Assembly (NCBI GenBank): GCA_950097015.1
Contig: CATNEN010000007.1
Coordinates: forward strand, 7,874,001 to 7,938,000
From: Macrostomum hystrix
Lineage: Eukaryota; Animalia; Platyhelminthes
DNA: 64,000 nucleotides
Direction: 5' to 3'
Below are positions 26,740 to 39,772 of this stretch, one piece after another (within the stretch, counting starts at the first letter, position 1; each line of letters begins with the position of its first letter). The position numbers were made by a program, and so were the translations under genes. A model generated the notes under the pieces. The model was not told the origin of the DNA. It was given only the letters and a program-made list of their open reading frames with translations, and did no database searches.

Positions 26740-28420
26740 CATGTTTCAAGACCTGTGCTCGCACATAGACAAGGCCACGGCAGTGGCACGGCGCCCCGGC
26801 GTCGGCTAACAGGCAGTCGACGCACCGCCGAGTTCGTGCCTGCGCCCGCCGAGTTCGTGCCTGCCCCCGCCGAGTTCGTGCCTGCCCCCGCCGAGTTCGT
26901 GCATGCCCCCGCCGAGTTCGTGCCTGCCCCCGCCGAGTTCGTGCCTGCCCCCGCCGAGTTCGCGCCTGCTCCCGCCGAGTTCATGCCTGCCCCCGCCGAG
27001 TTCGTGCCTGCCCCCGCCGAGTTCGTGCCTGCCCCCGCCGAGTTCATGCCTGCCCCCGCCGAGTTCGTGCCTGCCCCCGCCGAGTTCATGCCTGCTCCCG
27101 CCGAGTTCATGCCTGCCCCCGCCGAGTTCGTGCCTGCCCCCGCCGAGTTCATGCCTGCCCCCGCCGAGTTCGTGCCTGCCCCCGCCGAGTTCGTGCCTGC
27201 CCCCGCCGAGTTCGTGCCTGCCCCCGCCGAGTTCGTGCCTGCCCCCGCCGAGTTCGTGCCTGCCCCCGCCGAGTTCGTGCCTGCCCCCGCCGAGTTCGTG
27301 CCTGCCCCCGCCGAGTTCGTGCCTGCCCCCGCCGAAGTGGGGCCAGCAGCGTTAGCAGTAGCACCTCCTGCGCAGGCTGGGGGCAGTACTCCTCGGTGCC
27401 GAACAGGTGGCCTGCCAGCGTTGGTGGTGTGCTCTTCAAAGCCGATTCTAAAGGCAGCGCGCATTAGGCCAGCGTGCGCTGCATCGACTTGACGCTCCAG
27501 CGCCTCCGTCAGGGTCCACGAGCCAAATTGCATGTCTAAAGAAGGCAGGGCAGTTTGGCTGTGTCTCGAGTTGGTGTCGACACGGATAAAAATAAGCTGG
27601 TGCAACTGTGCCGCCGGCTTACTCGAAACCTGATTGTGATGGGTTGATTGTGATGACACTTACTCATCACGAAGCCATCAGCGAGATGCCCGACGGTCAA
27701 CTGTTAAACCATGCTGGCTCGGACTCTGCCTGGCGTAGCGAAACGACAGCAGCAACACACCAGTACACTTGCCAGCAATGTTTCAAGACGACTTATGGAT
27801 GGAGTTTGTCAAATATGTACTCGGCTTTGACTGCTTTAAAGTTTGAGGCAACATCCACAATCAAACGGTGCAGGCGCACTTTGAACACAATGCGGCTGAA
27901 ATGGAATGCGGTCCATAAGCCTTGACAGTTACTGACGAGCTGGACAACACGGTCGAACATCTGGGTTCTGAACGGCAGTGGAGAATCTTCGCTGCTCTGG
28001 TGCATCCAAAATGGCTCTTCACCTTTCTGCCCAGTATGCCCTGCCAGTACTTTAGTTGACCAGGGCAGTCACCATGGCCCTCTCTGGCCATGGCTGTTTC
28101 GCTAAACATCGCAACCTGAAAGGCAAAATCCGATACCTGCCTGTTCGATACCTGAGGGCCACCGGGCGAGCGACCCATCCACCTTCTCGATTCTCCGTAG
28201 GAAGACCACAGCATCACCGGCGATGGACGCTGGCATCACCGGATCACCCTGCGCGACACCGCAGAGCATCAAGGAGAGAGGCAAATTGAACTGGCTTTTT
28301 AATTTCTTTATCAGTCGTGCTTGGTCGTTCGGATCAAAAGCAGAGCTCGATTGTGCGCAATGCGGCCTTAAACGGACAGAGCATTGACGCACTGCGATGA
28401 ATCGTCGGCCAACTATAGGT
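26740..28420 (-). mobile_element. Decayed non-LTR retrotransposon (RT fragments)
   Basis: Frameshifted motifs SAFD, GVAQGDP and WTLTEALERQVDAAHAGLMRAAF resemble a LINE RT and its C-terminal region. Confidence 0.55.
26826..27335. repeat. 21-bp GC-rich minisatellite gccgagttcgtgcctgccccc
   Basis: About 24 near-identical copies inside the decayed LINE. Confidence 0.95.
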
Positions 28421-29118
28421 CCGAGTACCTCAATAAGGAGGACGCCGACGGAAGCATGTGCCTACACTTCGCAGCACAGCACCAGAGAGTGGACTCTATG
28501 GCCTTCATCTGGGACTGCCAAGGACTTCCTTCCAACTGGAGGTTCGCAATGGCCGCACGATGGGGTGCGGGACGCAGCGGAGAAAGCAAAGAAGAAGAAG
28601 GGTCTGATTAACTGGACTGTACGGAAGATGGACCTGCCATTGTACGACGCTGAAGATGTCCCGCCATCTCAAATATGTGGGGTACTCGTATTTTGAGTAC
28701 CAGTATAATAATAAGTAGTCATAGCCGTGAATCCCTTTCTACTTTTCTACACTTTTCTATTAACCTGTAGACAATATTTACGATCTTAACCTATTTACGA
28801 TGCAAAGTGTATTTACGATTTAAAGCATTGAAGCAGCGAGCTGTGTGTTTATTCACGATATTGTACATACCAAATGACGCCAGGGATGGGATGTTTTGTT
28901 TTATTACCCTTAATTAACATCTTATTTTTAGGCAGATGCAATTAAATTAAACAAAAGATGTCTCACTATTTATTTGAAAGTTTTCTCTCAACGTGCGCTA
29001 AGAAAATTGTCCAACGAGGAATCAGTTTTAGCTCCTTGCCATGTTAAATATAAATTTTTCGTTTACTATTGATTATAGCCACCTTAGGAATCCAATGTCA
29101 GCCGGGCAGTGAGGCGCC

Positions 29119-31399
29119 TCACTTCAGGTAGATGAGGAAGCGCTCAGCAACTTTGGCGCCTACTTGCAGCGAGCTGGCCCCGTAATCTGTGTACAACAGC
29201 GCCGGGGGCCTACCGGTCCAGCCGCGGTTACCCCAGGCGCAGGGGTCCCTCTGGTCTGACACAGCCCAGAAGGCGTTGTCACCTGGGCAACCTGCGTAGT
29301 AAAATAGAATGAAGAAGCCACGCTTCCAGTGCGTGTCGCCAGTGATGCTGAAAAGGGTGAACCTGGGGTCGGCCACGTCTGGATTGTTAAAGAATTGGTC
29401 CTTGTTGTTCAAGTCGCGGAACGCCTTGTATGGGAAGCTAGAAACTACACGGCTCTGGTGGAACCAGTTCTGCTTGTCAAGGCGCTGTCGGTTGATAGAT
29501 ACGTCGAATACGACACGAGCAACCGCGCCACTGCCCACTCGCATCTCCGTCACCAGATACTGCCGGCCACTGGCGATCACAGCCTGGCTGAGGCTGTCAA
29601 TCAGGTCTGATCGATAAACCTCAGGGAGGAATCCGCTGGTAGCCTTGGAGAAGCTGGGCTGCCTGTGCAGGAAGGTGGGCACGGCCTCGTGACCGGACCC
29701 CGCCTTCACCGTGAACAGGAGAATCTTGTTGTCCTCTGCGTGAATTAGTTCGACGGGGCATGTTCTCTGTGTTTTTGATCGAGTATACTCTTGTCCCCAT
29801 GGAAAAATCTAAAGTTACCCTCAGGTTCAATTTATACAAATTAATCAGAGAAACTTTCACGAGTATCAGAGTATCGAAGTGAAGCAAGCGTTCTCGAGTT
29901 TAGCTGCGTATTTAAAGGAGCTACGGGCGTATGTTCTCACCAATCATGAAGGCTCCGGGCAGGCTTCCGTGGAACTCGGCAAAGGGTGGTCGCACAGGCG
30001 TTTCAACACGCAGGTAGACGAGAAAGCGATCGGCATATGCACCATTGCCGCTGTAAGGCTGGCTATCCGCTCTGCTATAGATGAGAACTGGAGCTTTGCC
30101 CATCCATCCCCTGTTGCAGTAGTGGCACGGGTCCCATACGTCAGAGACGAAAAACAGCCCAGTGTCCCTATTGCAGCCACCATAGTGTCGGCTGATTTGA
30201 AAGCGACGACTCAGAGTGACGCCTAGATGATCTCCAGCGATACTGAAGCTGTTGTAGTTGCTGCGGCCGAACCAGAACGGCTGGGTGGACAGCAGCCTCT
30301 CTGGGCTGAACCAGCTGTTCTTGTCTAAGCCCACTGGCTGGGCGCTGAACACCGCCTGCGCGACCATTCGGCCGACGGCGTCTCGCATCTCGGCTACAAT
30401 TTGCCACCGTCCGACTGCAGTCACCAGCGCGAGCTGGTCTAAAAGCCCGGACCGGTAGATCTTGGGCAGGGAGCCGTCCATAGGGATTGCGTAGCTCTGC
30501 TCAGTTTGATAGGTTTCATAGGACCGGTGACCACTGCTGGCCTTGACGGTGTATAACAGCAGTTTATCCGATTCTGGGCAAAGCGCGGGTTCCACATGCT
30601 CATAGAATCTTATATCATTGCCTGTCTTCCGCCCCTGATCGGCACAAAAACAATAATTCGACTCACTTTGAGTTCATCAGTCATGTAACTAAATACAACT
30701 CATCATGCAAGCTTTTCTACTTGGTAAGTTATGTTACTGTCTTGCGACTTTCAAGACAACGAGACATCTTCTAATAAGTAACTCACCGAACCAGAAGGCG
30801 TTCTTAAAAGGCCGCCTAGCAGCATTTAGCACCGGCAGCCCAACACGGCGCATCTCAAAGCTGGCCCCGTTGGCTTTGCCCCGGAAGGTGAAATGCAAGG
30901 AGCCCAGAAGCTCAGTGTGGTCCGGCCCGGTGAATCGCAGGGTGCCCTTAAGCCTCAGGCAGGCGGCTCGGGTTGTGCAGTGGAAGATAACAACTGGATA
31001 GCGGCCTCGGTTCCAACGACCAGACACCGTCACCAGTGGGCTGCTTCCAATGGAATCCCGAACAGCTACTTTGATGGCCTGCACCTGCAGTACTTGCCAC
31101 CTGCTGCCGCCATCGGATGGCAGGTCCAGTCGAGACTTTACTTCAAGGGGAACCGTCATGAAAAAGCCTCTGCCCAGCGGCTCTGGTCGGATGTTAAGTC
31201 CTCTGCGCGGCAATCGCATGGCAACATAGGGCTCCACCACGCGGACATCACCGTTACCGAAGCAACGCAACCTGGTGCCCCGAAAGGGAAGCGTCGTCAA
31301 AACCTCCCAGCCGCCAGACCGTAGCTCCGACAGACCGCCCTGAGCTAGCGATGTCTCAAGCATCAGCAACAAGCACAGCAATGTAGTGTAGTGGTACAT
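29119..31399 (-). CDS. Predicted secreted protein with two tandem copies of an uncharacterised Cys/Trp-containing domain
   Basis: Signal peptide MYHYTTLLCLLLMLETSLA; donor at 30786; exon ~30634-29941 splices in phase to 29735-29119. Both domains share LL.TVKA.SGH, YRS.L.D.L, NWF, FSI.GD, Y.GC..D, VSD..DPC...NRGW.G..P.L.Y and A.RFL.YL. The exon1/exon2 phase is unresolved. Confidence 0.7.
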
Positions 31400-33057
31400 T
31401 GTGTGGTGCATCCGCTGTGGTGCAAGCTGTAATAATTACGTTAGTAACTCTAGATACTAAATTATACCCTCACTTCAATATTGAGTGGATTGCTTTATAT
31501 TATCTGGCCTGTCTTGGCCGTCTCTCTATTAATACTCTGCAGCAGGATTTTCCGTGGAAAATCCGTGATCATAAGCTAGTAATTAAATCCGTATTTTACC
31601 TTTTACTTATCATTTTACGAGTTTGATAGTTTTCTCATAAACCCGCCATATGTCAAAGCAAATGATTTAGTAGATTGCTTCACCAAAATTCCAGGATATT
31701 CCAGTTATTGTTGGCTTGTTTCAAACCTGCACCTTTGTACTTTTATTAGCTAGAAAGTAAGTGGCCTACCAAACTGAGTAATGCGAGCTATGAAAGTATT
31801 TTAGTAAGCCGGGCAGTAGTTATTCAAGAACAATCAAATGGTAGGTGGGTCAGACGAGCTAGGGTGCATGGGTGTATGGAGGGTACAAAACTTCTGGGGC
31901 AGCTCACAGGAAACATTCTGAATCCAAGTTTAAATAATAAGATAAGCGAATCGTTTTATTCATTTTGGACAGGGTCGAATATCATGGATCGAGTGGACCA
32001 CGCGGTTAGATTTTTGTATCCGCACAGAAATTTTGATAGTATCGATATGAGTGATTTTGATGATTTTGCACAAACTGGATGCAGGGACTAATAAGTCCCT
32101 AAGTAGAACTGGCAAACGGAGCTGAATGGTACAAAGATGTATATTAGCTGCATGGAAGTGAAGCTTCAATCTCCACCAAAAGGGGCTCACATCGTAAAGG
32201 TGTTTAAAGCTGAGGAAATTCACATTGTGAGACGAACCCAGTCTCACGTATACGCATGGTTCTTGCTATCCAAGTGGAATTCAAAACAACAAGACCTTTT
32301 TTGCTCTACAAGTCTTTGACGACAAAGTGGCTGCTGCCCTTGTGTGCGATGGTTTCAGCGAATTAACCTCAAAGTTTGTGTAATGTATCGTAAAATTATG
32401 TATGACTGTTATCTGCCGCAAACCAGCTCACCTCACGTCCTCCTTAGCTATCCTGATCGGAAACCAATACATCTTCTACTTCGGATGAACGTCTTTCTTT
32501 CTGAAGCGCCCTGTACAGATGCTCTGTCTGCGAGTGGCAGTGGTCGAGGTCTTAGTCGCCATCTGCAGTGTTTCACAACGGAAACTACGACTAGAATAGT
32601 CTCAATGGTGCAGTTGAAATGTATCTTCAATTAGTTAAAAACATTTCAATGCAGTATGTTCCTCTGCTTCTGAATTCAACACAGATCCGAAACGATTCGG
32701 CGCATACACTGAAAAATGGAAGCTGGCAGCGTGAGTTTAACTAAACGAAAAATCCTGGCTGAGCGGAGTAAACAATAACTTATTATTGTCAGACAGGTTC
32801 TACTGAGCGCCCATCTAAGCTGCTCCTATTTTTTTTCTCCAACGAATTAAGCCATTAAGCCATATATTAATCCATTAATAAAATTCACGGTTTAGCATAC
32901 ATCGTTAATTATTTTTATCAAAGCGATGGTACCCAAAAGTGCTTAGCATATATTTGAAAAAAATACTCAGTGTGTGAATTTTTTCTGAACGTAGTTTTTA
33001 CTTGAATTTGCTTTCTAGTTTGTTTTATCATAATACATTTTGCCGGTCGTCCTAAAA

Positions 33058-34712
33058 GGGGTGTGTATAATCTATGGGTCTGGGCACACTGGGCTCACTG
33101 GGTTTAAAATAATAAAACAAAGTATATAAGTTCGAAAAATTACTAAAGGTTATTCTGATATCGCTAACAGTAAGAAAATCACTTATAATACACATTTTCG
33201 TATTCTAATTTGTAACCTTGCGCTATTTTTTGCTGACACTTGATTTTGGCGTATTTTTATTTTTTTAGCGTGCCAAAAGCTAAAGCTGAAAGTCTGAAAC
33301 TATAAGGCCGCCATAGCATAGCCCAGGTTGAAAACCTCCCTCAAGTAATTGGCATATTTATACATCGCGCTCAGAATTCCGATCGGAAAAAAACCTTTAA
33401 GAAACGAGCAGCAGTCCCTATCCAATCTTCGCTTGTGCTACGCAAGCTTCGTTACAACCTAAAAGCAGTTGTGCTTCACAAAGGAGACACTGCAGTTCGC
33501 GGGCACTATATTTGCTACGTGTTTGTTTCAAGTGGTACGATCTGCAGAGTCGACGATAAAGCCGTCGAGCAACTTCCGTCAAATTTTTCGCTCGGGAATT
33601 TAGCTCGTGATTCCGTTGTTGTGCTTATGTATTCTATATCCTTGTGAAGTTTTCTTTTACACGCAGATCAGACAGTATTTTTTCGTTTGGTCATATTCCG
33701 GTTTGTTAATTGAATTTCTGAAAAATCTAATATCAGTAATCTCTGGTTTTAATAAGCTTTTTTGAGTACTTGCCGGAAATGAACTAAGCGCGGTGCATAT
33801 AAGTGCTATCGCGAAAAACAAAACATTGTAATAAAAACAATGTACAGTGTTTTGATAATAGTGCATCCTCAGAGTGTTTAGTGCACGGGCGTCGGCTTTC
33901 AAACAGTCGCTGAAACGGCGATGACAAAAGAATTGACACGAACCACATGGGCTGGAATTATAGAAAGTGTTAGCCATTTTTTGTTTTGTTTCTAAGTTTT
34001 TTTGTACACTAGGCATTTTAATTTTTTTATTAAAACATTTGTTTCGAAATGTAACTTGTACGTTTTCAATGTTTTTGTCTTGAAGTTTTTTTACACACTT
34101 AGCATTACAGCATACTTTATTTAAATTGTGCGGATATTGCTACATATTTTGTATTTCTACGGTTCTGTTTTTTTGTTGTTTTTTTTTCTAACCAGTCGGC
34201 AAATATTTTCCTATTTGCTGGGCTCCGCAAATTAGTTTTAACTTTCTAGTCAGCTCTATATGTGTTCCACAGCGTATGTATTATCCTTACTTTTGTTGGT
34301 AAATATACGTAATTGGCAGCTTGTTGGCACGGATTTTTTTTCCATGCCTTCTTCTTTAACAGAAACTATTAGAAACAAAAATCATTACAAAGTAAATCAT
34401 TTTTATAATTTACCAGCAAACAAGTTGAGTAATTACTACAGCTTTCTCGTTGCTTTTCGAGAAAAGTAAAGCTTTCAGTTGAAAACAAATATTTTATCGA
34501 AAGGAAGTTGAAAATCGTTGTAAAAACATTTGAGTTATCAAGTAAAGGCGTAGCAATTTAAAATAAACATTTTTGAAAATTAAAATATAATTTTATATTT
34601 TTCTCTTCTTGCATTAAACGCTGATGAAGGTAAAGAAATGTATTTTTTGTTATAATGTTTCAAACCCAGTGGTCCCAGTGTGCCCATTGCGAGCCCATGT
34701 TTTATACACACC
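33058..34712. mobile_element. Mutator-like (MULE) non-autonomous element carrying a protease gene fragment
   Basis: TIRs gggtgtgtataa...ctgggcacactggg / cccagtgtgccca...ttatacacaccc; perfect 9-bp TSD gtcctaaaa at 33049-33057 and 34713-34721. Confidence 0.88.
33269..33647 (+). pseudogene. Ubiquitin-specific protease (USP/C19) C-terminal His-box fragment
   Basis: After a ttttttag acceptor: LPQVIGIFIHR...YNLKAVVLHKGDTAVRGHYICYV...VDDKAV...VLMY. In-frame TAA near the 5' end; no Cys box seen. Confidence 0.7.
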
Positions 34713-36782
34713 CGTCCTAAAAGTTCCGGACGGTCTCTGATTGGGTAAGAACTACCGGTTGAAAATTTTCGAAATTTTTATTTGGTGGATTTTAATTTTA
34801 TGCATGTTATGTTGTTCGTGTACTAAGTTCTTATAATCTTATATAGAAAAAATATATATTAACAATTAGTGCAATACATGGACGAGATAAAAAGACGTTC
34901 CTTTTTATTTTGCTCGTGACATTGCATAATTCTAATATTAATGGTAATTATAATGGTAGGCCCTAAATCTAATCTAGGGCTAAACAGCAAACACTGCCAG
35001 CTAGGCCAGTAGGCCTACCTGCACTGCCACTGCGACTACCTTCAACTCACTAAGCTTATCCAGTTAGCCATAAGCCCATGCACCTAGTCATGACCATATA
35101 ACTTTGCAAAAGACCCTTTCAGTAATTCAGAGTCTTATTCCTTAAGGTAAAACTAAGTTCATTGTTTCCAAGATCTTTAGCTCAAAGGGTGAATGGCTGC
35201 CCATAACATAGGCAGAGCTGTCACCATATTATTTTCTCAATGTCAATTACTCTTGGCTTAACAAATAAACAAGCTAGTATAAAGCCAAATATTGTAAATA
35301 AATTCTTCCTCATTCACAATTGTTGGAAATACAAAAGATTGGTTATGAAAATGAATGCCAATAATAATATATATTCTAACTTAATGGCATAAAGTAGGCC
35401 TAAATGATTTTGCTTTGCTACAGGCTAGGCTATTGGAAAAAAGTATTCTTTCACTTCCACTTTATATTCCTAGAATTTCAAAAGGGTAAACAAAAAACTC
35501 ATTATCTATATAATCATATTCTAGATAGCAATAAGGCCTATTTTCACAATTTTTCATATCAAATTTATTGGGCAGCTATACTATGCCAAAGTCATCATAA
35601 ATAGTAGTTGTCTTACTGGTTCACCTTGAATAGGGGCCTAGCTCCATTCTACCTCTGTGCTACCTCATTAAAGCTTGTCAAATAAAGCACTTTAAAGAAG
35701 CTAGCTATACCGTACTATATGTATGCAGTACATGCATATAGTATTTTTGTGCATGTCTATTAACTGTACTATAATTATTATTCATTGTCATAGCATAATA
35801 TCACTGGTATGCTATTGTATAATTTGTACAAACAGAAACATCAATATAGAAATAAATGCTTTCTATCATCACATAAATTCTGCTAACCATAGTTGTTAGA
35901 ATGAGTGCACAGAATCAATGATTTTGGACATAGCTTTTTTGTGCACTATAGTTGTAAGGCCTACTTATTTTTCTATAAGAGTAGTCTATTAGGCTTCTAA
36001 ATGTTAGATATTATAATGCACTGCCACTGCCAAAAATGGCTTTTTAAGACATTTTATTGGATACTATTAGTTTTTATGATTTGCTAGTTGTTATTATTTT
36101 TCAAGCATTCTGATTAATCTTTGTCACTATGGACACCTTAATTTGTTCATTATTGCAGAATATCTGTCTGGTCTTTTTTGTTAGTAATCAGGCCCTATTA
36201 CCATAGCAATATTTTCTTGTATAGCTATATAGGTAACATGTGTAACTGTTTAAATAAACATTGTGTATAGGCCTAGCAATATTATTAAGATGAAAAGTTG
36301 TTTTGTTTTGCTAAACACTTTAAGCATATGACATATTTTTAAACAATATACATATAGCTAGCTAGTTGTACAAGCACCAGTACATCTGATGCCAAGTTTC
36401 ACCTTTCTAGTTTTAGTATAGTTCTAGAGCCTTATCAGTCTACTCTTCCATGCCAATGAGTGGGCCCTATTGCCATGATGCCATAGAAATAGTCTCCAAG
36501 TTATTAGTTGCTCACCACCTATCTTGAATGCGTACAATGTTTTTGTCAGCAAAAATGAAGCATTTAAATATGAAAATATAGCTATATGTTTCATATATTT
36601 CAAATTCAGATGTTGGCCGCAATCACTTTAAACTGGTGTATCTGATCCAACTTCAATCTCACTAGTTGCAGCCCAGCTGCCAGTGTGGCCTCAACCTTTG
36701 ACCCTCATAAAAAGGACGACCAATTTCGCCGAAAAATAAAAAAGTCAAAACATTCTAATTTGATTCGTAGTTCGTCATTCTC

Positions 36783-39651
36783 ATGCGTGGCGCTGCAATG
36801 ACCACAGCGCCATCAAATGGTGCCTTTCATTACCAGCTGCCGCATTACCAGCAGCAGCAGTTCCAGCGCTCAGCACCTGGTGCCAGTCCTGTATCGCAGG
36901 TGTCAGTGGCTGAGCTGGCTAAAATATTTGGCTCTCGCCAGAGGTCGGCCAGTCTGCAGCGCCAGCCAACCCAGCCAGCATTTCAACAGCAGCAGCAGCA
37001 GCAGCAGCAGTATCCAACAATGGACAAGCGAACCAATCCTGCCCAGGTGATGCAGCAGCAGCGGCAGCAGCAGCAGCATTACTCAGTTCAGCAGCAGCGT
37101 GAAGCTTGCGGCCCGGCAGTTCTGCAGTCTCCTGGCAGACGGGGCGGCCAGCCCACACCCGTCTATGCCGACCCTCGACCGGGTCAGCAGCAGCAGCAGC
37201 CAGGTCGGTCCGGCAGTTGCAGCAGCAACGGCGGTCGCTGGCGAAGTCAGGAGAGTCTGACCGAATCGTCGCCCCAGTTGCCTTCGATGTTGCCAGTCGG
37301 CTGCGGAGGCCCAGGCGCTGGCGGCCTGATGTTCCGCTCGGTGCAGGCGGAGCCGGCGCCGCCCCGACTGCTGCCTAGTGGAGTGCCGCCAGTCTCTCAG
37401 GTCAGTGTAGGGATAAACCATCCGCATACATTTATGAAATCCCTGCAGTACTTTGTTCATGTCAGTGGCAATACTGAATACTCAAGGGTTATGGCAGCAG
37501 TCGGCAAATTTTATTAGCTAGCGGGCCAAAGAGAGAACCTAAAAGACGAAAGCGGGCCGCATTGACTGTAGTAATATAAAATAGGGGAGAGATGGGACAG
37601 AGGAGAGATGAGACAAGGGAAAGATAAAACAGGATACTGTAGTTGTCAGAACTTCGAGGGCCGCATCTTGCCCGCGGGCCGGAGTTTGCCTACCCGTGGA
37701 TTAGGGTGTCAAAGCCCAACCCTTTATAGGCTTTTATTTACAACCTCCGCCCTCCTGCGCCTCAGTCCGCAGCCGGCGCGTGCGCCATGCCTCAGTCGCA
37801 ATCAGCCAACATTGGCAGTTTGATTCTGCGACCCACCGCTTTCCGACCAGTCCGCATTGGCAACGGTGCCGGTGCCGGCGGAAACTCGCACCGACAGCGG
37901 CATCCGCCAGTCACTCCGCCCAGCGGTGACAGCGGTTTCGTTGACGTTAGCTCCTCCGGGCGGCGCAGCCAGGAGCCTCTGAGGCTGGCTCTAGCCGCAG
38001 CCAACGGCGAAGAAGACTGCTATGACAACGGCGACGACCGGGACGATGATAGGAGCTCGGCGGGCGCGGCTACGTCTCCAAGTGACAGCGGCCTGCTTTT
38101 AGCCGATTATGAAAGCCTGCTGCGGGAGAAGGACAACGAACTGACCGTGCTGCGGCGCACCATGGAGCAGAATGAGTCCGCCCTGGTGCGGGTGTTCGAA
38201 GAGCGACAGGGCGAGCTGGAGAGCCGGGTGAGTCTGGACAGCGGATTTCAGGGCTGGAGGGGACTTTGATCAGATCACTGACTGATTCTGGATGGGGTCA
38301 GGTCATTGAATGACAGTTCTTACGTTACTCATGAAGTGTGTCATCTTGCTATATGAGGCCCATATTGTCCCACAGCTGCGCAACGAGATGGCTTTAAACG
38401 CTCGCCTGACGCCCGCCGTATCTCTTGGCAACCGGCGACTGCGCCAATCCGAGCAAGCCATCAACGATCTGCGCCTGCAGGCCCAGCAGCAGCTGGAGGA
38501 GCTGCAGTCGTTGAAGTGCCGCCTGCGCAGTGCTGAGACTGAGCTGCGCGACCGAACCAGCCGCGTCCAGCAGCTCGAGGCCAGCCTGGCTTCGTCGCGC
38601 GAGTCGCTGGACGCGGCCACCTGGGAGCTGCGGCGACTGCGCGCTGTTGGCGATGGGCCAAATGAATCTGCGACAGCGACAACTGACCGTGGCTGCCAGA
38701 CGGAGGTCGATAATGATGCAGCGGCTGAGCAGCGCCGTGAGCTGGCCGAGCTGCAGGCTCGGCTGCGGGAGCAGGTGAGATGGATGGATGCTTAGCTCAT
38801 GAGCATGTTACAATGACCTCTGCTTTAGATAAAAAAATGTAATCAGCAAAATGACTGTACCCCTTTAACTCACGCCTCATTCGCCCTAAATCCAGGCGAA
38901 ATTCCTCCCCTCTCTCAGGCTCCATTCCGCCCCTCTCTCAGGCTCTTTTCTGCCCTTCACGCAGGCTACATTCCGCCCTCAACTCAGGCTCCATTCCGCC
39001 CTTCACTCAGGCTCCATTCCGCCCTTCACTCAGGCTCCATTCCACCCTTAACTCAGGCTCCATTCCACCCCTCACTCAGCCTCCATTCCGCCCTTCACTC
39101 AGCCTCCATTCCGCCCTTCACTCAGGCTCCATTCCACCCTTAACTCAGGCTCCATTCCACCCCTCACTCAGCCTCCATTCCGCCCTTCACTCAGGCTCCA
39201 TTTTCTGTTCACCCAGGCTTTCCTATTGGCCCATCTCTCATTTGCCCCTTCAGTCTCCATGAATGAACAAAAAATTTCCGAGCCGTAAAATTATTAGGCG
39301 GCTGATAGAAATTTTATCGTAACTTCTCAGCGTTAATCTGATGAGTAGATGGTGAAATCCTGGAAACCCTAACTCCCATCATCTGTCCTCCCACACCTGC
39401 AGAAGCTGGAATTCGATCGGGAGCGCTCCCAATGGTTGGAGGAGAAATCTCAGGTGCTAAACTATCAGAAGCAGCTGCAGATGAACTACCTGCAACTCAC
39501 TAAGCGATCTCAGCGACTGGAAGCTGAGGCGCAACAACTGTCCGTGGACCTCGAGGCTAAGGAGCTGCACATCCTGCGGTTGTCCAACGGCTGCCAGTCC
39601 GCCGACTCGCCTACTGGCACTCTGCAGTCTCGCCACGGCTCCCAGTGCTGA
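36783..39651 (+). CDS. LZTS/N4BP3 (Fez1-domain) family coiled-coil protein, 4 exons, ~575 aa
   Basis: Exons 36783-37400, 37766-38227, 38376-38774, 39403-39651 (phase 0). Motifs LILRPTAFRPV, SPSDSG and WLEEKSQVLNYQKQLQMNYLQL match LZTS conserved blocks. Confidence 0.85.
37495..37698. mobile_element. hAT-Charlie-like MITE in LZTS intron 1
   Basis: Termini cagcagtcggcaaa / gtttgcctacccgtg; internal gcgggccg motifs; degenerate 8-bp TSD ggttatgg/gattaggg. Confidence 0.6.
38870..39200. repeat. 23-bp minisatellite ctcaggctccattccgcccttca
   Basis: Tandem copies in LZTS intron 3; reverse complement of the 41.1-42.6 kb unit. Confidence 0.9.
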
Positions 39652-39772
39652 AGTATTTTGTCCTCAGTTAGTGCTTCATTTGCATTAGTAGATTATCTCA
39701 TAGAGATTCACTCATGACTCTTTATTTTGTGCACAAACCCTAATTAGTGAGGCTCATTCACTTGTAGCTAGT

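Noticed and set aside
26680-27659. (PAPAEFV)n and (AGAGTNS)n repeat proteins
   Set aside because: Translations of a 21-bp minisatellite inside a decayed LINE.
31864-32634. Cluster of short ORFs upstream of the secreted-protein gene
   Set aside because: No recognisable motifs or consistent splice structure; possibly a decayed element.
39336-39362. Hammerhead ribozyme core (CTGATGA...GAAA)
   Set aside because: No stem II pairing or flanking helices.
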